From the NCBI GenBank assembly GCA_023247055.1, contig JAHFHF010000005.1, positions 18,985-82,984 on the forward strand: a stretch of DNA of 64,000 nucleotides, read 5' to 3'. The notes below the pieces were generated by a model. That model searched no databases. It saw only the letters and a program-made list of their open reading frames with translations, and had not been told where the DNA came from. The stretch is from Candidatus Omnitrophota bacterium (GTDB taxonomy: Bacteria > Omnitrophota > Omnitrophia > Omnitrophales > Aquincolibacteriaceae). Shown piece after piece: positions 53,900 to 61,500 of the stretch; the first letter of the stretch is position 1; every line of letters begins with the position of its first letter. The translations under genes were made by a program, and so were the position numbers.

Positions 53900-53976
53900 G
53901 TCATCCCGAATTCTTTGTTTGTCCCAGAATGACATGAGCCGTTGGGGCATGCCTGGCCACGACGGCTCAGGATGAC
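53900..53976. repeat. GTCATCC..GGATGAC palindromic element between convergent genes
   Basis: gtcatcccgaa...gagccgt..acggctc.aggatgac nested stems. Confidence 0.55.
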
Positions 53977-53992
53977 AAATAAATGAAAATTA

Positions 53993-55084
53993 TTAATCCC
54001 CGAAACACGTGCCCACGGCGCGTGCGGTGCAAACTTCGTCAGATTGGGGATCGACGGTGCGCAGACGGCTGACCGCTTCTTCCAGAGCGACCGATTCGAT
54101 TTCCTGCCCCCGTAAAACGACCATTCGCCCATACTGTTTCTTGGCAAAAAGCGCGACGGCATGCACGCCGAAGCGTGTTGCCAGCCAGCGGTCAAATGAC
54201 GTCGGAATGCCCCCGCGCTGCAGATGCCCAAGCACAGTGACGCGGCTTTCGAGACCGGTGATGGTCTGAATTTGATTGGCAACCGTATGGCCGATGCCGC
54301 CGAGGCGGACCGGGTCGGGTGAGCCGGCCACTCTCTGCTGGACCATAGCCTCTCCCCCCAAGGGCTTGGCGCCTTCGGCCACGACAATTAGACTAAAACG
54401 TTTGCCGCGCCGGATGCGGGCCTCGATCGCTTCACGGATTTTGTGGATGTCATAGGGAATTTCCGGAATTAAAATCACATCGCCGCCGCCGGAAATGCCG
54501 GAGCGCAGGGCGATCCATCCCGCATAGCGCCCCATGACTTCCAGAACCATGGCGCGGCCATGCGATTCCCCGGTGGTATGCAGCCGGTCCACGGCTTCTG
54601 TGGCGATAGCCAGCGCAGAATCAAAACCAAAAGTCACATCGGTGCAAGCCAGATCGTTGTCGATGGTTTTTGGGATGCCAATCATGGGGACGCCGAGTTT
54701 TGAAAGTTTGAGCGCGATGGTTTGCGTCCCGTCGCCGCCGACAGCAATCAAACCGTCGAGCTTGTGTTTTTTAAGCGTTCGAAGAGCGTCCTGCGACCGG
54801 TCTTGAATCGAAATTTCGCCGTTGGCCTTGCGTTCGGCATAACGGAACGGTTCGGCCGTATTCGACGTCCCTAAAATGGTCCCGCCTTTTTGCAGAATGT
54901 CCGAGACCATGGCTTCCGTAAGCGGAAGCGTCCGGTCTTCAACCAGCCCCGCATACCCATCTAAAATTCCGAGGACTTCACAGTGATGATGGAAAAAAGA
55001 AGACTTCACCACAGCGCGGATCACTGCGTTGAGTCCCGGGCAATCGCCCCCTCCGGTCAAAATTCCGATTCGCAAACACGCCAT
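53993..55084 (-). CDS. pfkA: 6-phosphofructokinase (PfkA family, group III-like)
   Basis: TGGGDCPGLN, GGTILGT, GGDGT, PKTIDND, EVMGR.AGW, LGHLQRGG. Confidence 0.92.
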   Translation of the reverse strand: MACLRIGILTGGGDCPGLNAVIRAVVKSSFFHHHCEVLGILDGYAGLVEDRTLPLTEAMVSDILQKGGTILGTSNTAEPFRYAERKANGEISIQDRSQDALRTLKKHKLDGLIAVGGDGTQTIALKLSKLGVPMIGIPKTIDNDLACTDVTFGFDSALAIATEAVDRLHTTGESHGRAMVLEVMGRYAGWIALRSGISGGGDVILIPEIPYDIHKIREAIEARIRRGKRFSLIVVAEGAKPLGGEAMVQQRVAGSPDPVRLGGIGHTVANQIQTITGLESRVTVLGHLQRGGIPTSFDRWLATRFGVHAVALFAKKQYGRMVVLRGQEIESVALEEAVSRLRTVDPQSDEVCTARAVGTCFGD

Positions 55085-55366
55085 AAGATCTCATTTCTGA
55101 TTACGCAAGTTGAAAAATATTTTTTCGCCGTATAAAGATTCCTCAGCTTAAAATTATATCTTATAGGTATCTTTTATTCTAAAAAATACATCTAATGATA
55201 AAAAAAGCATCTGAAGACCGCTTTTGGACTTATGACAAATATGTGTTTGGCGCGCTTCGAAAAAACCATACTTTTTTGTCTTGCAAGGATGACAGACGTA
55301 AATACTCTATGCCGTAACTGCTTTTATCATAAGGAGTTATATCCATATACTATATACAAAAAATTT

Positions 55367-55382
55367 TGGCATGGATGATGCT
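55367..55382 (+). promoter_or_regulatory. sigma54 (-24/-12) promoter upstream of giant ORF2
   Basis: TGGCAT-GGATG-ATGCT gives GG-N10-GC spacing; AT-rich upstream region with a GTAACT..AGTTAT inverted motif at about 55314-55340. Confidence 0.65.
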
Positions 55383-55537
55383 ATATTCCCGCCTTCTGCG
55401 AAATCAAAAGGCAAATATGACTGAGCAGCAGCCTCTGGAATGAAAAACAAGGCATTTTTTTTGTCTAATAATTAAGGAGTTTAAAAATTAATTATTAAAT
55501 TATTTTTAGTAAATTTTTTATTTTGAAGAGGGAGACA

Positions 55538-58500
55538 ATGAACCTTGAGCAAGTTCATACTACGCTAGAAAAAAAAACAAAGACTGCGGCAACGAAAGGC
55601 TATAAAAAAATCGTTGCGGTCTTTTTGGCCGTCCTTTTAATTCTACAAGAGGCTGTTTTCGCAACTCCCTCCGGGAATTTTATCTCCGGAACGCTGACAA
55701 CAACGCCCTCTGCGATTTCCGATCTCGTTTTACCCCGCGCCAGAGTTCTTGAAGGTATTTTTGCCCGTCTCCATTTGCCCGCCGAATTTGGGAAAATTGA
55801 CAATTTTTATTGGGGAGACTCCCGCCGGACAGTGATCCATATTCGCGATTTGCACATCAATACAGAAGCTCAGCATAAGATCGCCCGCATAATCCAGCGG
55901 GTGTCAGAACGTTATGGCGTCCGCCTTGTACTGCTTGAAGGAACTTCGGGAGAACTGGCGCATGGGCTGCTTTCCCGTTATCCCGACCGCAAAGCGCGCG
56001 TGTTGACCGGCCGGGCCTTTTTAAACGAGGGTAAAATGACGGGGCCCGAATATTTGGCCGTTACAAGAAATCCAGGTTTGATTCTTTATGGAGTCGAAAA
56101 TCAAGAACTTTATGAGCAGAACCGCGCGGCACTCCTGAAGGCCGTGGATCTGGGACACGGATTGAAAGGACATTTGGAAGATCTGCGGGAAAATGTAAAA
56201 ACGCTGGCTGTCCGGATTTTTCAAAAAAATATCAGGGACTGGATTAAAAACCGCGAATTATTTCAGAATAACCAGCAGTCCATCGCAGACTACGCCCGTT
56301 TTTTGAAGCAGGTTTGCGAGCAGGAAAATCTGCCAACAGATACGCCCCAACTCCGGCGTCTGTTAAAACTTGAAAAAATTGAGAGCCGGCTGCGGCGGGA
56401 AGGACGCTTTAAGAACGAAATCGAACTCGCGCGGTATCTCGAAACGGTTTTAAAACAAGAAGGCGGTCTGGATGCGGGAATTTTCGATGAAATCAAACAA
56501 ATCGAAAAGACGCTTGAAGCGCATTGGTTTATGCCGCCGTCAGGCCTTCCCTGGGATTTGACCTCGCCAGTCTCTCAAGCCGTCAGCCAGCTTTATAAAC
56601 TTTTCCGCATTCTTGAGGTTTATAAAAAAATGTTCGCGCTCAGCCTGACACGCGAAGACGTGGAATTTCTTTATCAAAACCGCGAAGATTTTGACCCGTA
56701 CGCTTTGAGTGATGCGCTCAGCCGTTTAGGACACCGTTATTCTCTGGAGATTTCTACGCGCGCTTTCCCATTCATGGAGTTCGAAGCCGCGCTCGAGGCC
56801 TATGAAGATTTTTATAAGCTGGCGCTGGCCCGCGACGAAACACTGATGACAGAATCGTTGAAAAGCATGAAACACTACCATGAGACCATCGCAGTTCTTG
56901 TCACGGGGGGATTTCACACTCCGGCAATTGAAGAGCGATTGAAAAAAGAAGGCTATAATTTTTGCACCATTACCCCTGCACTGCAGAGCGGCATTGATTT
57001 TGCCAAAGACAAGAAACTGTATTTTAGAGCCATGCAAATGCCGCAGTCTCCGGTCGCCCGCTATGCAGGTGCTGGCGATCCAACGATGCAGCTTCAAGTG
57101 CCTAGTCTATTTCCCGTGAAAAGTGCGTTTGGGGCTTTGGGAACAAAACTAGACCTTCCCCGGTGGATGGTAACCTATGACCGCGCCGGCGATTTGGCGA
57201 CGATGATGATAGCCCTCGCAGCAACAGGGCTTCGCCGCGCCGTACCCGGCCTTCAGCCCCGCCTTCAAAGCGCATTCAACGAATTAAGTCCCGAAGAACA
57301 AGTTCTCGCCGGAATTTACCGGCGTATTCACGGAGTGCAAACGCTTGCGCGATCACTGGATGCCCGGACCGGAAGCGCCGTCGTCCCGTTTACTGCGGAC
57401 ATGGGTTTTGGATTGGAATTCAATTGGAGGCCCGCGCCGTTTGGTTCTGCCGCGTCTGAAAACCCGCGGCGGCAGAGTTTTTCATTCGTGACGCCGGACG
57501 GAGTGCGTTCCGAAGTGCGGATTTTGACCGAACCCCTGCTGGCCGATATCGCCGGCAGAAATTTTTTACGCGCAGCGCAAAAACAAAAATTCACAAGCGC
57601 TGCCGCACCGCTGCCAAGCCGCGAGCCAGCGGTCTCCATGCAGGCTAAAGTCCGGCAGGCATCCCGGGTTAGAACCACGCGCAGCATCCTTGTGAATTCC
57701 AACATTCCCGTTCCGGTTAAAACGAGGACGCCGGCAGTGAAGAGCCCTGGGCAGTTTACGTTTTCAACACTCACAGTCCCGAGTCTTAACCCGCTTCCCG
57801 AACTGGCAGCTCTGGCATTGACAGCTGCGCTTAGCGGCGGTTTTGGCATGCTGCCATGGATGGCAGTTCTCATACGCCTGAGTTGGTTTTCTTCGATTTT
57901 TGCACATGGATTCGGCCACGTTCTCTTTAAGTGGATTGTCGATCAGAATCATCCCTTTGATTTACGCGAATCCCTGGAAGGCATAAGCGCGCGTGAATTT
58001 TGGACCGGTCTTATTCCCTTCACGGCCATTTATACGCCCGGTTTATCCGCCAAAATTCCGGCGCCTGTTTCGGCGGGGGAGCGTGATGCGAAAAAAATTT
58101 CCTTTAAAGCTTTGGGGGGCCCAGCACTGAATCTGTTCGGAGCTGCCGCGGCGGCATTTTTGCTGTTTTCTACGGCGCTCAGCGGCCCAGCGGCAGCAGG
58201 GCTTTATACAGCTTTGATTTTCAATACGTTATTTGCGGCGCTTTCATGGTCGGATTATATGTCTTGGGCTGCGGGGTCGGCGCCTTGGGGGTTTGCCTGC
58301 GGTTATCTGGATTATGTGGGGCCGCGCCTCAGCACAGATGACAAATCCCTTGTCCCCGAGGATTACATTGAAAGCATCTACAACTCCACGCGTATTTTGA
58401 GCGGCCGCGGTAACCAGGCCTATGGATTTCAATCCATGGCACTCGACCGTAACGGCCATGTTGTCTTTTTAGGATTGAAAGATGTAAATCCCAAGCGCGC

Positions 58501-61500
58501 GGTGCTTCACAGCCGGCTGCGCGGCGATTTAAAAAGGGAAGTCTTGGCCGCACGGCGCGATGGTTTCAGACCGCTTGAAGATCTGATCGAGTACTCGTCC
58601 CATCTGCGTTTTGGAACTTCGACGCCGCCGTCTAAAAAAGAAACCCACCCGCATCCCAGTCCTGAACTTCTGACGACCTACTACGATTGGACAAGAGGAA
58701 CAAAAGAAATTAATGCCCGAAATGCTAATTTTCAGATCAGCGTGCGTCATAACGGGGATAACGACGGCACGAAAGAAGAAGAGCAGATTCTTGAGGCCTA
58801 TCCCATTTATGCTTTTGGCAAAGAGATGAGTTATAAAGAAATCCGCAGGGAACTGAGCCGTATCCTGTATGAGGATACCACTCAAGGAGACTCGCCTGTG
58901 ATTGCGTCGATGCTTGCGCTCTATGCAACTCAAGGCCGCTGGGGCGCTTCGGCGCGTCTGGCCTATTTGATGATGGCAGGGTCTTTGGGGGAATCCTTTA
59001 AAGGCCTGAGCCATCCGAAAGCTATTGATAAGATCACGCAGCGCTGGGGCGATATTTTTGACGCGGAGTTTCAGCGGTTTAAGACGAAGATTTTTACCCA
59101 GCAGAAGGGCCGGTGGGTCCCTGACCGTACGGTGATCGCAGGCGAATTTTTGCCGGCCCTGCATCAGAGTGCCGCCGCGCGGCTGAGAGGGGACAAGTAT
59201 CTCGGCGCCTTACCGGTGGATGTTTTGAGTGCTTTTATTGAGAGCGCTGTGTTTGCTTTTTTGCACCAAGATACTTATCGCGCGATTCAAATGCTGATGG
59301 CGACATCGCTTCCTTCGAGCACTTTCGGGCTTTCCGTGAGTTCTACGTTGGAGCCTAAGACCAAATTCTGGGTCGCGAAGGGCCAGCCCGGTGCGCTTGG
59401 ACATAATCCCGATACCGGTGCGTTCATTGCAGCTTCCGATCCGGGAGCTGTTTTCGAAGGCCTCAATGAGCGCTCACGTTTTCTGACGTTTAATGACGAT
59501 CAGGGCGAAATTATCCGGCTGGATATGTCCCAAGCCCGCGCGCCGGTTTTAAATATTTTTTCTATGGCGGCCCACCGCGAGTTGAGCCCGCAAGAGATCC
59601 AAGCGCGCTGGGTAGCCATTGCAGGCAATCCCTACATTCAACTTCCGCCTTCTCAGGACGGCCGTTCCAATTTGAAGCGCGATTTAGAAGAACTCAATGA
59701 TATTTTGATCAATGTCAATGACAGCTTCGATGCGCGGTATCGTGCCAGCCGCAAAGCCCCTTCCAATCGCATAACAGCCGACCGGTTTAATACGGCGCTG
59801 ATTGAAATAGCCCGCCAGAAAAAAAACCGGGATGATCATGAAGCAGACATCCTTTTTATTGCGGAAGGTCCGAGTTACGACTTGCTTCAGCGCAAAATTC
59901 AAGACTTGAAATCCCTCGCTCCCGGCATCCGCGTCCACGTCGTTCAGGGCAATCAGTATATGGAAAATAAAGATGCGTATTACTCCGGCATCGGATCGGC
60001 TTTTAAAATCGGAAAAGAGACCATTGTTTTTTCGGTCAGCCAATCGGGTATGACGTTTTCGAATGTCGAAGCTGTCCGCGATGCGGAAATTATGAGAAAA
60101 AACAGCCTGCTCAAGGATGTTTTTGTAATGACAGGAGAGTGGTTCAGCGTTTTAGGGCGCTCTCTGGGCCAGGATTATTTTCCGGACTCCGATTTCAGCG
60201 GGCGTATTTTTTCTAATATGAGCGGACGGCGCTATTCCGAAGCGGCCACGATGGCAGATGCGACTGACTTTTTTCTAACTAAACTTTTAATCGATGCTTT
60301 TAAAAATCTGGCGGCCCAAAGCCCGGCCGATGTTTCCGCGGCCCCGCTGTTTGGGGTGAAGTTATCCGTTTCTGAACTCAACCGGCTTGAAGCCAATATT
60401 GCTCCGTTTTTGCATAGCGGGATCGCAAAAATTACGGGCCGGGGCGCCCATGGCCGCGAGGTCCGGTCTCCGGAGAATGAGGGGCTGCTGTTGCAGGGGC
60501 AAGATATTGCGAATCATATCTCGGAACAATTTTTTGCGACGAGCATGGTCCGGTTCTATACCTTTGTCAGCACGCAGCTCAGCCTGCCTGTTTTTAAAGT
60601 GCTGGCGCTTCTTTTCACGATGACCGCTCTATGGGCTACGGGCGTCGAATCTTTCAGCGTGCTTCTTCAGAATATTTCGACGCTGGAAATGGCGATGTTT
60701 TTCGGCGTTTGGTTTATCGCCCACGAGGCCGACGCCTTTTTTTATACCTGGCAGGACAAATTTTTTATTTATCTTATCCGGTTTATGCAGGGAAGAGAAA
60801 TCATGGCGCGCACCGGTTCCCGTTTTCTCGCCATCGGAGGCCCCTACTGGTCGCTGTTAAGAGACTACTTCCGCGCCGCTTTGCTCGAAGCGCCTGCGGG
60901 ACTGCAGCTGGCGGGCGTCGATGGGCGAGAAACGGCCGGTGATTTTGTGCATCGCTTCAAAGACTCGCCGCGCGGGACGCTGGTACTTATTCAGACGGCC
61001 GATCCTGAAAATGCGACGACGGCGCAGGATTCCGCGGCCGGGGCCTGGAAAATGGCCATGAGCCAGCTCGACGGCGTGCGTAATTTTAATGTCGGGCCTT
61101 ATATTCTTGCCAATACCACCAACCCGAAGCTAGCCGGGCGCTATAAGGCCCGGACCGTCGCCGTGAGCGCTCCCGCAGTTCAAGCCCCGGATGACATTGA
61201 CCGCATGCTGAACGTGCGCTGGTTTGAGGAATTGAAACTTCTGGTGAGCGGCCAGGTCATTGCTGCCGAAATGGCGGAAAAACTTTCTAAAATCGAAGTG
61301 CCTTTTTATGTGCGCCGCTCCGAGTCTGCCTATGCCTATCTTTTGCAAGCATTTCTTGGATTTTTTTCACGCATTTATTCTGCACTGGTCCTGCGGGCCA
61401 ATGATTTCATGATGCAGAATTTATTCCGCGCGGCGCCCTATGACCGCATGTTTACGCCGGGTAAAGGACAGAGCGGCTTGACTGTTTTCACCACGCAAAT

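Noticed and set aside
55395-55445. c-di-GMP-I riboswitch (GGCAAA seed) in the ORF2 leader
   Set aside because: No GNRA-capped P2 or GACGCAAA/P3 elements follow.
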